Source of the DNA: the human T2T-CHM13v2.0 reference genome, Homo sapiens
Length of the DNA: 64,000 nt
Direction: 5' to 3' (one strand)
Assembly (NCBI RefSeq): GCF_009914755.1
Contig: NC_060928.1
Shown: one piece after another, positions 1 through 17,974 of the stretch
Layout of the letters: every line of letters starts with the position of its first letter
How positions within the stretch are numbered: the first letter of the stretch is position 1
Program-made: the position numbers and the translations under genes
The notes under the pieces: model-generated
The model's input: the letters and a program-made list of their open reading frames with translations, nothing else
Told to the model about the DNA's origin: nothing
Databases searched by the model: none

Positions 1-341
1 CTCACACGGCTATGAAGAAATACTGAAGACTGTTTAATTTATAAAGAAAAGAGGTTTGATTGAGTCACAGTTCTGCATGGCTGGAAAGGCCTCACGAAAC
101 TTACAATCATGGCAGAAGGCAAAGGGGAAGAAGGGCACTTTCTTCACAGAGTGGCAGGAAGAAGTGTTGAGCAAAGGGGGAAAAGCCCCTTATAAAGCCA
201 TCAGATCTCATGAGAACAGCATGGGGGTAACCGGCCCCATGATTCAATTACCTCCCACTGGGTCCCTCCCATGACACATGAGGATTATGGGAACTACAAT
301 TCAAGATGAGATTTGGGTGGGGACACAGCCAAACCATGTCA
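1..341 (-). mobile_element. MaLR LTR, THE1 family (THE1C/D-like), cut by window start
   Basis: Ends in GATGAGATTTGGGTGGGGACACAGCCAAACCATGTCA, the reverse complement of the THE1 5' end; the body carries the typical CATGGCAGAAGGCAAAGG and CCATCAGATCTC motifs. Confidence 0.9.
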
Positions 342-427
342 CCCACCTCCACAGCTGAACACAAACACAGACACACACATTCTCTGTCTCTCTCTTTCTC
401 ACTTTTCCATTATGAACAGAAACCAAA

Positions 428-522
428 TAGAAGAAGAAGAGGAAGGCAAAGGAAGAGGAGGAGGAAGAGAAAAGGAGGAAAGGGAAAGGAGAAAGAGGAG
501 GAGGTGGGGAGCAGGAGGAGAA
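428..522. repeat. GA-rich low-complexity tract
   Basis: Near-pure purine run (agaagaagaggaaggcaaaggaagaggaggag...). Confidence 0.8.
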
Positions 523-1123
523 TTGGAATCACACAGTGCTCATCATAAATAGCAATGATGAAATCCTGCTGAGTTAGGATTGAGAGATCCTTCCACCAAG
601 CAGGCATGGAGAGTTGTAGGGAGGGGATTGAGGGGATATGCTTCATGATTAGATCCTAATGCTCATTTCTGGGAAGAAAACTCTTGTTCATTGATTTCCA
701 GGAATCCTGATTCAGCAACCTATAGTATATTCTTATCTGATATTCCTCATGGCTATGCCTGAAGGAAGCTGCACAGCTTACACTCTTTTCCTCCTTCTGC
801 AAAAGTGAGGACACAAAAAATCTCTTGAACAGCAAAAGTCTTTTGGAAGTGATGTTTTCTAGACAATAGAATTGCCTCAACTAAACAGCACTAATGTCTC
901 ACTTATATAATTCTTTCTTGCAATAATCATACCCAAAATCTCTCCCCTGACCCTGACGTATATATAATGCCTCAGTCTGCTTGATTTTATTCTTTCATGA
1001 CCTAGGCTTATCTCTCAACTTAATGGTGTAAAACTTAGCGTCATATGAAATAATAAGCTTATGTGTAATCCCATCTTTGTTGCAGGGCTGAATACTGTGA
1101 TAGATTTAATAAAGAAAAAAAAT

Positions 1124-1421
1124 GGTGGGGAGCAGTGACTCACACCTGTAATCCTAGCACTTTGGAAGGCCGAGGCAGGCAGATCACCTGAGGTCAGGAG
1201 TTCGAGACCAGCCTGGCCAACATGGAGAAACCCTGTTTCCACTAAACATACAAAAATTAGCCAGGCGCCTGTAATCCCAGCTACTCAGGAAGCTGAGGTC
1301 AGAGAATCACTTGATTCCGGAAGGCGGAAGTTGCAGTGAGCCGAGATCACACCACTTCACTCCAGCCTGGGCAAAACAGCAAAACTCTGTCTCAAAAATA
1401 AATAAATAAATAAATAAATAA
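1124..1421 (+). mobile_element. Alu (AluS-type) with (AAAT)n tail and a short deletion at the start of the right arm
   Basis: CACCTGTAATCCTAGCACTTTGG...GATCACCTGAGGTCAGGAGTTCGAGACCAGCC; TTAGCCAGGCGCCTGTAATC lacks the usual GTGGTGGC segment. Confidence 0.95.
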
Positions 1422-1479
1422 CAAGATCACAATTCTTTACCTAAATCTTATCCACACACTTGGCAATATAACTTAGAAT

Positions 1480-1992
1480 TTCCTCCCATTAAGAGATGTG
1501 CATTCCCTGGGATCTGAACTGACCTTGTGAATTGCTTTGGCTGGTGGAATGCAGTGGAAGAGTAAACATATCACTTCTGAGCTTAAGCCTTCAGAGGCTT
1601 TGTCTGTCTCTCTCTCTTCTGTTTTTCTCCTTCTCTATCTCTATCCATCTCTCCCTTTCTCTCTCCTTCAAAACCCTGTTGCCATCATGTGTGAACAAGC
1701 TTGGGTTAATCTGCTAGATATTTTAAAATACAAGTTCCAGACTTGACTTTTGTCCCAACTGTTGGCAGGTCAACCACCAAAATACGGGGCCATTCTAGAC
1801 TAGCCAAGCCCTGGCCAATGTGTCAGTCAACTTCAAATTCATAAGATAACGCTGCTGAGATAACCCACACCTTACCCAGATCAACAGGCTCACATAGTTG
1901 ACCTACAGATTTATCAGCCATAAAAAGGGTATATTGTTTTAAGTCACTACATTTTGCAGTGGCTGGTTATGTAATCAATAAGTAATTGATAC
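1480..1992 (+). mobile_element. Old MaLR LTR (MLT1H/I/J-like), approximate 5' bound
   Basis: 3' end TTGTTTTAAGTCACTACATTTTGCAGTGGCTGGTTATGTAATCAATAAGTAATTGATACA resembles the MLT1 terminus. Confidence 0.6.
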
Positions 1993-3802
1993 AGTTCTTT
2001 AGTAATGGGTGTATACCTTCAGGTTTCATACCAGATTTATTTCTTGTGCTTTGGACTCAAATTTTGGACTTTGGAATCTGCTTCACCAGAGTGGACCACA
2101 AAAATAAAAAACCACTCCAGCTCTAGAATTTTTGAGCAGGAGGGGTTTTCCATATTAATGAAAAGGTACTTACAAAAGCATGAATTTTCTGAAAGAAGTA
2201 AGTCAGAAAAGGATGTTTCAGTTTTACCAGTGGCCTTCTCTAGGAACCAGAGAAAACAACTTGTATTAACGACCATATTTTGAATATATGAATGTATACA
2301 TGTACATACTACATATATTTTTTTACAAGCAATAACATGTCAAGCAAATGCATGTCATAATAATGCTAAGGCAATAATATTACTAGAAAATATATCTACT
2401 AGGAAATTCAGGCAAAGAAACAAATGTAATATCTTTAGTAAGACAAACATTTTTGTTTCAATATGAATAAAATAAAAAAATCACAAATTTGTAAATATTT
2501 GATTACAATAAGTCTACTTGCAGTCGTAAAGGACTTAAAGGACACAGATACTAAATTCATGTATCTAGTGTCAAATTTGTGTAAGTTACATCCTCTGAGT
2601 ACTATCTTGCCTTGTGGTTTGTTAAAAAGTGGAAATAAAAGCAACTAACTTTCAATAGTGACACAGTAAAATAGTAATGTCTATCATTTTTATTGAATTG
2701 ACAGGTGTTTTATTGCAATGACTAAATCAGTTGGCTATTTCAGCATCAGTTATTAACAGACTGAAACGACGTTTACATTCAATCAGAGGAAACTTTTCAG
2801 TGCAATTCTGTGAGTAAAAGTTATTACAATTTTATTAAAGATGACATTATGATAAGAGTTTAGGCAATTTAGCCAAGGTCAAGATATGAGACAAAAAAAT
2901 ACATAGACAGATAAACAACTTTGGTATTCGCAGACTATTATTATTAAAATAGTGCTATAATTTTCACAAATGCGATCAGATGATATATCATTTTAGCTTG
3001 TATCTTAATATAGAAATTATGGAAATATTTACAATCTCTCTCTTCCTCTCCTTAATGTCACTCTTCATGGATGTAGCTACATCCTTCTTATTTATATTCC
3101 TTAAAGTACACCAACATGACTATTATCACAGTTATTTGTTACAAAATGACATTTTTCCCATTGTGGTCTTTTTAATGTGCTCTCATCTCAAATTTCCTTC
3201 AAAATTGAAATTTTGTAGTTAAATTTCAGTAACAAAATAAAAGTCAACGATGAACTAAAAGTAATCAAAAAGATTCACAAAATAATAATAGGTACATGCA
3301 ACATATTATAATTTATAAATAAGTTGTACAGAAACCTATCTTTATTTTAAACTGCATGAAACATTCATCTCTGATTACTAAACACTATCACGGATATTTC
3401 TTATTTAGCATATTTGATATTGAACAGATTATAATAGGATTGTTTCAGTTTTGCTCATGTCAGGTATTAAACCTGAACCTGATCTCCTGATTCAGCTGGG
3501 GCATCCATAAATAATACTGATGAAGGTGTCACATTGCTAGAGGAAACCACATACATGCAAATACTTGTTGATGAAATATGAGGTTAGAAAAAACCTCATT
3601 GGTTTAATTAGCCAAGAACACAAATGCACATGTGAATAAAAGTAGAAACAAGGGCCATAACCAGTGCAGTGCATAAGGCCCTCCCTTGAACCTCAGTATC
3701 CCTAATATGAACATGTGTCTGCAAAAAGGAGGGTCTTGTTGGATACCTAATCTTCTTTTTGACCATAAGCAGTATTTTCTGTCTCTCTCTCAATCTCTTC
3801 AC

Positions 3803-4413
<611 letters not shown>

Positions 4414-4437
4414 AGTGTTTAATTTTATTTTATACAC

Positions 4438-4729
4438 TTTTTTGTGACAGGGTTCTACTCTGTCACCTAGGCTGCAGTGCACCTAGGTGACATCATGGCT
4501 CACTGCAGTCTCAACCTCCCTGGGCACAGGAGATTCTCCCACCTCAGTCTCTTGAGTAGCTAAGTCTACAGGTGTGCACCTCCACACCTGGCTAACCTTT
4601 TTTATTCTTTGTAGAGATGGGGTTTTGCCATGTTGCCTAGGTTGATATTGAACTCCTGGGCTTAAGCTCTCCACCCACCTGGCACTCCCAAATTGCTAGG
4701 ATTACAGGAATAAGCCACGACACCTGGTC
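4438..4729 (-). mobile_element. Alu, AluJ-type
   Basis: Diverged dimer with J-type features (CACTGCAGTCTCAACCTCC, GAACTCCTGGGCTTAAGC). Confidence 0.85.
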
Positions 4730-5194
4730 TTAAAAATTTTTATAATACTTTTATTGAAACATAATCCAAAACCATGAAATTCACCACCCTAGCTCTATTC
4801 TCTCCCCCAACTACTAATCCTAGACAACCACTATTTTTCTATTTCTATATAATATATGTCTATTTTGGACATTTCATATACTGCATATAAAATCATATAA
4901 TATGTAGACTTTTATGAATGACTTCTTTTACTTAGCATAATGTTTTCAAGGTTCATCCATGTTCTAGTATGTATCATTACGTTATTTCATTTTATTGACT
5001 AATAATATTCCATTGTATGTATACACAAATTTTATTTATTCACTCATCCAGACAGATATTTGAGGAATTCCTAATTTTGGGGTATTTTGAATAAAACTTC
5101 TATGAACATTAGTGTACAAGTTTTTGTGTCCATGTATGCTTTTCTTTCTCTTGGGTGTATACCTGGGAGTGGAGTTGGTAGATCATAGGGTAAC

Positions 5195-5602
5195 TGTCTT
5201 AATCCATTTGTGTTTCTATAAAGGAATACCTGAGGCTGGGTAATTTATGAAAAAAAAAAAGTTTTATTTGGTTCATGATTCTGCAGGCTGGAAGACTGGG
5301 CATCTAGTGAATGCCTCAGGCTGCTTCTACACATTGCAGAAGGTGAAGGCGGGGAGGCCAGTGTGCAGAGATCACATAACAAGAGAAGAAGCAAGAGAGA
5401 GACTAGGGAGGTGCCAGGTTCTTTTTAACAACCGGCTTTTGCAGGAAGTAATAAAGTGAGAACTCACTCACTACCAAGCCATTCCAGAGGGATCCACCAC
5501 CATGACCCAAACACCTCCAATTAGGCCCCATCCGCAATACTGAAGATCAACTTTCAACCTGAGGTTTGAAAGGGACCAATAAATCATAGCTAAACTATAG
5601 CA
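5195..5602 (-). mobile_element. MaLR LTR, MSTB/MSTB1-like, inserted in L1M
   Basis: TGTCTTAATCCATTTGTG...AAACTATAGCA termini; imperfect 5-bp TSD GTAAC/CTAAC; L1 is continuous across it. Confidence 0.85.
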
Positions 5603-6259
5603 CTAACTCTTTGTTTAACTCTTTAACTGCCCAGCTATTTTCCAAAGTAGCTGCATCATTTTATATTTCTAACAGCAATGTATGAAGGTTAAAAGCTTTC
5701 TACACCCTCAACAATACTGGTTATTGTTTGTCTTTTGGATCATAGCCATCCTAGTAGGTGTGGAGTGGTACCTCACCACAAAATTGTTTTGAATCTCCCT
5801 AAATGTCAGCAAATGTTGAGCACTATTTTGTGTGCCTGTTGACCACTTTTGCATCTTCTTTGGATAAATGTCTATCCAGATTATTTTTCCATTTTTTATT
5901 AGGTTGTATTTTTGCTATTGCGTTATGAGTTTTTTTGTATCTTCAAGATACAAATCATGTATTAGATACATAATTTGCAGATGTTTTTTCCCATTCTATA
6001 AATTGTCTTTTAACTTCGTTGATAGTATCCTTTGAAGTTCAAAAAAATATAATTTTTGTTATGTGTCTCTTTTACTTTTGATGTCAAACTATAACAGCTT
6101 TACCAAACCTAAGGTCACAAATGTTACTCCTATATTTTCCTCTAAGGGTTTTATAGTTTTAGATCTTACATTTAGGTCAGTGATCCATTCTGAGGCAACT
6201 TTTGTATATGGTGTGAGGTATGGGTCCAAGTTTATTTATTACATAGATTATCTTGGTAC

Positions 6260-6565
6260 TTTTTTTTTTTTTTTGTAGACAGACTCACTCTGTTGCCAGG
6301 GCTGGAGTACAGGAGTGCAATTATAGCTCACTGCAGCCCTGATCTCCCAGGCTGAAGTGATCTTCTCACTTCAACCTCTCTAGTAGCTGGTATTACAGGC
6401 ATGTGCCACCATGACAGGTTAATTTTTTTTTTTTTTTTTTTTTTTTAGTAGAGACAAGGTTTTTTTTGTGGTTATTGCCTAGGCTGATCTCCTGAGCTCA
6501 AGCTATCCTTCCTCCTGGCCCTCCCAAAATGCCAGGATTACAGGCGTTAGCCATTGTGTCCAGCC
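6260..6565 (-). mobile_element. Alu, AluJ-type, inserted in L1M
   Basis: Poly-T head, diverged dimer with expanded middle T-tract; TTGGTAC/TTAGTAC flanks. Confidence 0.85.
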
Positions 6566-8529
6566 TTAGTACCTGTTTAAAATAATCAACTAATCATAAA
6601 CATGAGAGTGTATTACTTGACACTCAATTCTATCCCATGGATCTATATGTCTATCCTTATGCAAGTGCCATACTGTATTAATTACTGCAGTGTTATAGAA
6701 AATTTTGAAATTAAGAAGCGTTAAGTCCTCCAAATTTGTTATTTTTCAAGATTGCTTTGACTATTCTGAGTTTCTTGTTTTCTCATATCAATTTTAGAGT
6801 CATCTTCTCAATTTCTGAAAAGAATCCTACTGGGATTAGGTTTATGATTGCATTGAATCTGTAGATCAGTTTGGGAAATAGCGCCATCTTAACAAAATAA
6901 AGTCTTTCAAACCATGAGTAGATAATACATTTTTATTCTTTTAGATTGACTGCAATTTATTTCAAAATGTTTTGTAAATTTTAGACTATAAATTTGGTAT
7001 TTCCCTTGTTAAATTTATTCCTATGATTTTTTTTCTTTTGATGCAATTGCAGGTAAATGGCATTGCTATTATAACTTTATTTTGATATTGTTCATTGCTA
7101 ATGTCTAGAAATGTCATGGTTTTTTAATATTGATCCGTGTTCTGCATACTTGGTGAACTCATTTATTGATATTAATCAGTTATTTTTGTTTTTAAGTTAA
7201 TAGATTTTATTTTTAGAGCTGTTTTCTATTTATAGAAAAATTGAGCAGAAAGCACACAGAGTTCTCACCCTCTTTCTCACTCACTCTGTTCCCCACCAAT
7301 TGCTAATATCTTGCATTGGTGTGATACATTTGTTACAATTGATGAACCAATATTGACATATTATTGTTAACTAAATTTCATGGTTTACATTAGGGTTCAC
7401 TCTTTATATTGTATAGTTCTAGGGATTTTGCCAAATGCATAATGGCTTGTATCCAACATTAGAATATCATACAGAAGAGTATTACTGTCCTAAAAATTTC
7501 CTGGGCACAACCACCTTCCCATCCACTCTTGTCAACCACTGATCTGTTTAATGTCTCTATAGTTTTGACTTTTCTAGAATGTCATATTGTTAGAAGCAAA
7601 CATTATGTAGCCTCTTCATACTGGCTTGTTTTGCTTAGCAATCTGTATTTAAAGCTCTTCCATGTCTTTTCCTGGCTTGAAAACTCATTATTTTTTAACA
7701 CCGAATAGATGTAGCACAGTTTATTCATTGACTCTTGCTGAAGAACCTTTCCAAGTTTTGGAAATTATGAATAAAGCTTCTATACATATTCATGTGTTAC
7801 TCTTTGTGTGGATGTGAGTTTTTAACTCATTTGGATAAATACCTAAAAGCACATTTCCTGAATCATATGTTAAGACTATATTTAGCTTTAAAAGAAACTG
7901 CCAACTGTCTTCTAAAATGGCTGTATCATTTTGCATTCTCACCAGGAATGAATGAGAGTCCCCATTGCTTCACATCCTTGCCAGAATTTGGCATTGTTAG
8001 CATTTTGAATTTTATCTACTCTAATAGGTAGAAAAGTATCTCATTCCTGTTTTAATTTGTAATTCCCTGTGACATATGGTACTGAATATCTTTTTATATG
8101 CTTACTTGCATCTGTGTGTCTTCTCTGATGGGTTGTCTGTTCAGATATTTTTCCCACTTTGTAATTGGGGTGTTTGTTTTCTTGTTGTTAAGTTTTGAAA
8201 GTGTTTCCTTTATATAATATATTGGACATGATCCTTTAACACATCTAGGTTTGAAAAGATTTTTCCTAATCTGTGTCTTGCCTTTTCACTCTCTTAGCTA
8301 TGTCTTTGACAGAGCAGAAGACTTAAATTTTCATGAAGACCAACTTATCAATGTTTTTTGTGATGGATTTTGCTATTGTTTTTATATATGAAATATTTTT
8401 TTGCCACATTCAAGGTCACCGACCTTTTCTCCTGTTATGTTCTAGAAGTTTTATAGTTTTGTATGTTACATTTAGGTTTATGATTCCTTTTGATTTCATT
8501 TTTGTGAAATATCTAGTGTCTGTATCTAG

Positions 8530-8832
<303 letters not shown>

Positions 8833-9522
8833 TGAATTATTTATTTATTTATTTATTTTGCACATGGATGTACAGTTGTTTCAGCATCATTGTTAAAAAG
8901 ACTATCCTTTCTGCATTGAATTTCCTTTACTCTTTTGTCAAAGATCAATTGACTGTATTTATCTGGGTCTATTTCTGTGCTCTTTATTCTGTTCCTCTGA
9001 CCTACTTATCTGTTCTTTCACCTATACCACACTGTCTTGATTATTGTAGCTTTCTTGTAAGACTTGAAGTTGGGTAATGTCAGTCCTCCAACTTCATCTT
9101 CTTCAATGTTGTTTTGGCTTTCCTTCGTGTTTCCTTTCCATATAAACTTTAGACTCAGTTTGTTGATAACCAAAATTAATTTACTGAGATTTCAATAAGG
9201 ATTAAATGGAGTCTACTGATTGAGAAAAACTGACGTCTTAATAATATTGAGCCTTCCTATGCATTAATGCCATTTTGTTTATTTAGACCTTTCTTGAATT
9301 CCCGCATTTGAGTTGTATAGGTTTTTCTAATATATATATAGTGCATATTTTATTATATTTAGAACGAATTGTTTCACTTTTTGCTGCTACATTAAATGGT
9401 GGTGTGATTTTTATTATTTTCAAATTTCAGTTATTTATTCATGGTATATACGAAAGTATTTTACTTTTATATATTAACCTTATATCCAGCAACTTTAATC
9501 TCTTATTCATTCTAGAAGGGTT

Positions 9523-9555
9523 TTGTTGTTGTTGTTGTTGCTGTTGTTGTTGTTG
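9523..9555. repeat. (TTG)n microsatellite
   Basis: ttgttgttgttgttgttgctgttgttgttgttg. Confidence 0.9.
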
Positions 9556-10165
9556 ATTCTTTGGAATTTTCCACATAGACAATTAGTCATGTCATCTGTG
9601 AACAAAAACAATTTTACTTCATTTTTCCTCAGTCTATATACCTTGCATATTCTTCTCTTATTGCGTTAGCCAGGATTTTATTATAATGTGTAATAAAAGT
9701 GGTAAGAGAAGGCATTCTTGGATTGTTCTTTATCTTAGGGAGAAAGCACCTAGTTTCTCACCATTAAGTATAAAATCAGGTATAGATTATTTTGGTTGCT
9801 GTTTATCAAGTTAATAAAGTTGTTCTCTATTTCTGGGTTGCTGAGATTTTTTGCAGGGGGTGTTTTCTTTTCTTTTCTCATGAATATATGTTGGATTTTG
9901 TCAGATGCTTTCGAAAAATCTATTAATAGGATCTTGTGAAATTTTCTTCTTTAGCCTTTTGACAAGGTAGACATTTATGAATTTTCTAATGTTGAAACAG
10001 CCTGGAATAAATTCCAGCTGCTCATTGTGTATAATTATTTTTCATACACTTTTGAATTTGCTTTACTGATATTTTATTGAGCAATTTTGCATCTGGGTTT
10101 ATGAGAGATGTAAGTCTTTAGATTTTCTTTTTGGTGATGTATTTGGTTTTGGCATTAGGGTAATA

Positions 10166-12993
<2,828 letters not shown>

Positions 12994-13422
12994 TACTTTC
13001 CTCATACAATGAGTTAGAAAGCACTTCCTGTATTTCTCTTTTCTGAAACAGATTTCAGAAAATTTGTAGCATTTTTTCCTGAAATTTTGGTAGAATTCAC
13101 CAGTGAACCCATCTGAGCTTGGTGCTTTCCATTTGTTGAAGTTCAATTTCTTTAGTAGATACAGGTCTATTCTAATTATCTATTTGTCTTTGTGTCAGTC
13201 TGAGTAGATTGTGTCCTTCAAAGACTTGGTCCGTTTTATCCAAATTATTAAATTTGTGGCCATAGAGTTGCTCATATTATCTTTATTGTTAATATAATGT
13301 CTATTATTATGTGTTTATTAATATTAACATTAATATAAATATTGTTTTTAATATTATGTCTTTATTATCCCATTAATATCTATGAAATCAGCAATAATGG
13401 CCCTTTTTATTTCTGATATTGA

Positions 13423-13758
13423 TTATGCACTGTATGGCAATGTTTCAGTCAATGATGGACTATATATGTGACAGTGGTCTCATACTGTATTTTTACTGTA
13501 GCTTTTCTATGCTTAATGTATTTAGATAAACAAATACTTATCATTGTGTTACAGTTGTCACAGTATTCAGTAGAGTAACATGTTGTACAGGCTTGTATCA
13601 GAGAAGCAATGAGCTTTACCACATAGCCTAGATATGTAGTAGGCTGTGCTATCCAGGCTTGTGTAAGTGTGTGCACTCTATGATAGTCACACAATAATAA
13701 AAGTGCCTAATGATGTATTTCTCAGAATGTATTCCCATTGTTAAGTGATGCATGTCTG
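13423..13758 (-). mobile_element. Tigger3a/MER7-type (Golem) non-autonomous DNA transposon
   Basis: Ends TTTCTCAGAATGTATTCCCATTGTTAAGTGATGCATGTCTG|TA, the reverse complement of the Tigger3 TIR region. Confidence 0.85.
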
Positions 13759-14370
13759 TATTAGTAACTTGTGTCTTCTTCTTTTTCTCTTGGCTAGCCT
13801 GCTGAGGGTTTATCCATTTTATTGATCTTTTTGAGAAACTAGCTTTTGATTTCGTTGATTTTCTCTGTTGTTTTTCTGTTTTCAGTTTTATTGATTTCTG
13901 CTCTGAATTTTATTATTTATTTCCTTTTGTTTGCTTTGGATCTAATTTCCTCTTCTTTTTCTAGTTGCTTAATATGAAAGCTTTGATTATTGATTTTAGA
14001 TGTTCCTTCTTTTCGAGTGCATTCAATGCCACAAATTTCCCTCTAATCACTGTTTGTGCTGCATCCTACAAGTGCAGATAGGTTGTATTTTCATTTTAAT
14101 TTAGTTTTAAACTTTTTTAAAAATTTCCCTAGACTCTTGTTATTTGACCAATCTGCCCTTTAGTGTGTGTTGTGTAATCTCCAAATATTTTGGGATTTTT
14201 CCAGCTATATTCCTTTAATTGTTTCACTTTAATTCCATTGTGGTTATAGTATACTTTGAGGTCTCTACTGTTACATTTGTTAAGGTGTGTTTTATTTCAC
14301 AGAACGTGGTCTATTTTGGTGAAGGTACCATGAGGTTTAAGGAGAATGTGTACTCTACCATTGTTTATGA

Positions 14371-15760
14371 TTACAAAAGAGAATATAAATATGTATTTAG
14401 TCTTTTCTTTCATTAATTGATTTCTTAAAATTGTATAAAATAATGTATATTTGGCAATTGCAGGGCAAATAAATGCAAAGGAATAAATGAAAACAACAAG
14501 AAATGGTAAAAGAAAGGTTAATGTAGCAAAACCTGTAAATGTACAGTGCTCTCCTTTCTTCTCTCAGCTTCTTTAGTAGATATAAAACTATATAAATAAA
14601 AATTATAACAATTTATTGTTGTGAGTGTAGAAGTGATATGTGTAACAATAATAGCATAAAATGTGAAAAGATGTAATAGAGCAGCACAAGGGAGACGTTG
14701 CTACCTCACTGAAATGTAGTTTCTATAAATCAGTCTTTAATTGCGTGCTGACTGCCGGATTGTGTCCCATAACGCCTTGTGGCTTACATTTCTCCAGTCT
14801 GACTTGATCAAATTTGGGCCCTTTTGCAGGAATAGTTTCACTGGCCAGCCTATGTAGTGTATTCTGATGCAAGGAAGGCTCTCCTTAGCTGCCTTTTCTC
14901 CTGGTTCACTATTGTGAACCAGATTGTTTTACAATTTAGCTTGTCACCTTCTAGGAGCTACCAGCCTCCTCTTAATTGTTTATCACCAAAATGTTCATTG
15001 TTTTCTAGAGCACCCTTGGGCTTAAGCTTCCCCATTCTCTTTTATGAAGTCTGTTATTCTGCGGAGAGATTCACAGTTTATGTCTTATGATCTACTACTT
15101 CCTTTGGGAAAAATCTCTAAGCCACTTAGGAGTTGGCCAATGGGCTGCTTCTCTCAGAGGAAGTATCCTGTTTTATGAAAGGGGTGCTGGGTGGGGGCCG
15201 TAGCCTCTGGTGGTGGCTAGTGTGGAACCACTGCCCTACAAGCTGGGACAAGGGCAGAAGAGACCCCCGGATTCTCAGCCTGCCATGCCTAAGGTGGAGC
15301 ATCCACCTTTGGGTGGATCAGGACTGGGTGGAAAAGGAAGTCTCATAACTCTAGGCCACCCTTGCGTGGATTTTAGCCTCTGATAAACAGAGCGTGGTGG
15401 GGGATGGGAAATGCTGAAGATCTACCCGTACAGGGACTCTACGGTAGCCATTGACTGTGAACTACGGGGCAGGGGGAAGAGTTTCCTCTTCCTGACCATG
15501 TGTGCTAGATCAGAGCGTCCATCAGTCTGAGCTAGGGAATAGAGGGAAGGAGCAAGCTGTGGCTTCAGTGACACAGAGTCTCACTGTTATTACTGAGATG
15601 TATTAGATTTTTTTAAATGAATGTTTCATCACTTGCTGTGTGCCCTTAGGACAATTTCCAGAGACTTTAAATGGTGGTTGTTTTTATAATTTCCACTGTT
15701 TGTAGTGATTTCACTAGGGATCTATTCTGCAGATGTCCTCATGCTGCCATTCAGCATGTT
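14371..15760. mobile_element. Ancient L1 fragments (sense fragment ~14371-14730, then probable antisense L1M 5' region)
   Basis: Composition switch and L1M-like phrases; subfamily and exact bounds unresolved. Confidence 0.45.
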
Positions 15761-16860
15761 AAATATTTTTATATTATAATTTTATATAATTCATTTCAAA
15801 TAAATTAACAGGTAATGTTCTATTGTGTCCTTAAGCATAGTGACTTCTTCCCTTGTGGGTAGATGGCATGGGAAAGGCAGAGTTAGTGTTTAGGTGCCTT
15901 GAACAGCACAAATGCCTTCTGGGTTCCAGATTCAATGAGATTTTACTCCCTGACAAATAGTGTTAGCTTTCAGTTGTACACCTCCTTTAACATATCTGCT
16001 GATTGAGAAGTTGGGTAAAATTGTACTTCCTCAATGCCTGCTCTGTGTGGGCCATTACATGTCCCAACTATTTTGATATCCTTTGGTAAGTAAATAGGAG
16101 AACTAATCTATATATATGGTGAGATTTATCCTGGTAAGGGTGTTAGACAGTTTAGCCATATCTCATGTAAATCATAGAACACAGCTTCTCAAGTATTTCA
16201 CTAAATCCCTAAATAATTCATTTCCAAATCCTTTGGTATTATTATTTTAATTTTTTATCTTGACTACTCACTATTCATCTTGGAGCATTATTAAACAAAA
16301 TATCGCTTACAATAATAATAGCTAAACTCTTTCGCTCCACTCTTAAGTTACAAAACTGCAATAGAATTACAGGGAAAGTTCATGGTTTTTAGAAAAACGA
16401 AGTCCCCAGTACCCCCGCGGCTCCCGTAATTTTTCCCGAGACAAGTTATGACTGCAAAGCGCTATTTCTCCCAAAATGATCTCAATTATATGGCTCATTA
16501 AGAGGTGGGCATTTTGTCAATACAAAGATACTGTGCTTAAGCTACCCAATGCTTAATAGTGCTTCTTAACAGATATTCATTACACATTTACCAAATGAAT
16601 TACCAAATGAATGAATAATCATTAACTAAAACTGCTTCAGTACAAGGAAGTAGAAAAGTATGGTATATGCATCTTAAAAACTTGGAGGTGGTTTTCTTGA
16701 TATAATAAAGAGCAAACTGAAATAAACAAAGAACAGACTTCAATGATGCTTTCCTTTTGTGAAGCAAGAGTCTGACTGAGTAGTAAATGAAGGAAACCTA
16801 GAAAGACTCCACTCATATTCCAAGCTGACTGAAGAAAAACGTAATAGAAGTAGATGGAAG

Positions 16861-17530
16861 TGTCATCCAAAAGACCCCCAGGATGACTAAATAGCAGAAA
16901 ATAGGGTTTTTTAGGTGATAACAGTTTGCAAACCAGGAAGAGAACGTCTCCATTGAGTACTAAAGGTGTTATCTCTTCAAAGAGGAAAGAGGCAGGTTGG
17001 TTTTTGCCTCACAGGGCTTCTATTACACAATAAGGTCATACATATTCAGCATGTTTGAGGGAAAAGCTATACATATTTATGAGGGGAGCTGAGCACATGT
17101 GCAATAGGTAAACATATATGTAACATACATTCCATGTTCACTTTAACGTGGGGTTTTGACACTAAAATGAGGTAGAATTTGGCTCTTTATGTTCAAAGGA
17201 CTATAGGACACAAGGACAGTTTGTGCAAAGTCTCTATAAGCTTGCTAAACCTGGCTTAATGTCTGCAGTTGCTTATCAGGAAAGAATGCTTGTAAAGCCA
17301 GCGGCTGTTCAATCATAGCTATATTGTTCTGGGTTCAAAACCAGAGTTTGGAAGGGGCTGACAATTTTCCTAATAGCTCCTATCGTTAGGGAGCTTAGTA
17401 AAAGTGTGTTTTTTCTTGTAGCTATAGGAATTTAGGAAGTTGCCATGCCAGCCAGGGCATGAACCCTTGACCTGTAGGCAACTTCTGTTTTTGCAATTTT
17501 AGATTTCATAGTAGTTGATAAAGGGGCAAC
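16861..17530 (-). mobile_element. ERV1 solo LTR, MER39-like
   Basis: Ends GTTGATAAAGGGGCAACTATTTTGGTCTCTCAGATCA, matching the reverse complement of the recalled MER39 5' end; ~670 bp. Confidence 0.75.
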
Positions 17531-17974
17531 TATTTTGGTCTCTCAGATCAAAGAGACAATATATAAGTTTCACCAGTGCCTCCAGAGATCCACTGCACCA
17601 CAGTGTAAGTGCAATGAATAATGGTGCAATGCATCCTCTGCTGTTCCTTAACAACTGGGCCCCTCAGGCACAACACGCCATTGCCTTAACTGGCCCTCCA
17701 TCACAGCTACCATGCAGTCAAGGTTTGTAGGCACCGCTACCTGCAAAAAGCTCTGCTATGGCATCGAAATGTCTTTCTACAACTGTCTCCAAATCCAGAC
17801 TTGACTATTCTCCAATTGATTCATCTTTAGGTTGCAGAATGTCTGTATTAGCAAAGTAAAAAAAGGATAAACCATTATAGTTTCCTACTCTATGGTAAAC
17901 ACAAGAAAAAAAATCCTAAATAAATGTAAAGACATTAAAGTAAAAATTAAGGTAACCACTAAGAAATTGTTGCC

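Larger units (their letters stand above)
4735..7185 (-). mobile_element. Ancient L1 (L1M, 3' UTR and ORF2 end) interrupted by an MST LTR and an Alu
   Basis: Antisense L1M text such as CTTAGCATAATGTTTTCAAGGTTCATCCATGTT and GATTGCATTGAATCTGTAGATCAGTTTGGG. Confidence 0.85.

Noticed and set aside
306-552. Arg/Lys/Glu-rich ORFs
   Set aside because: Translations of a THE1 end plus a GA-rich low-complexity tract
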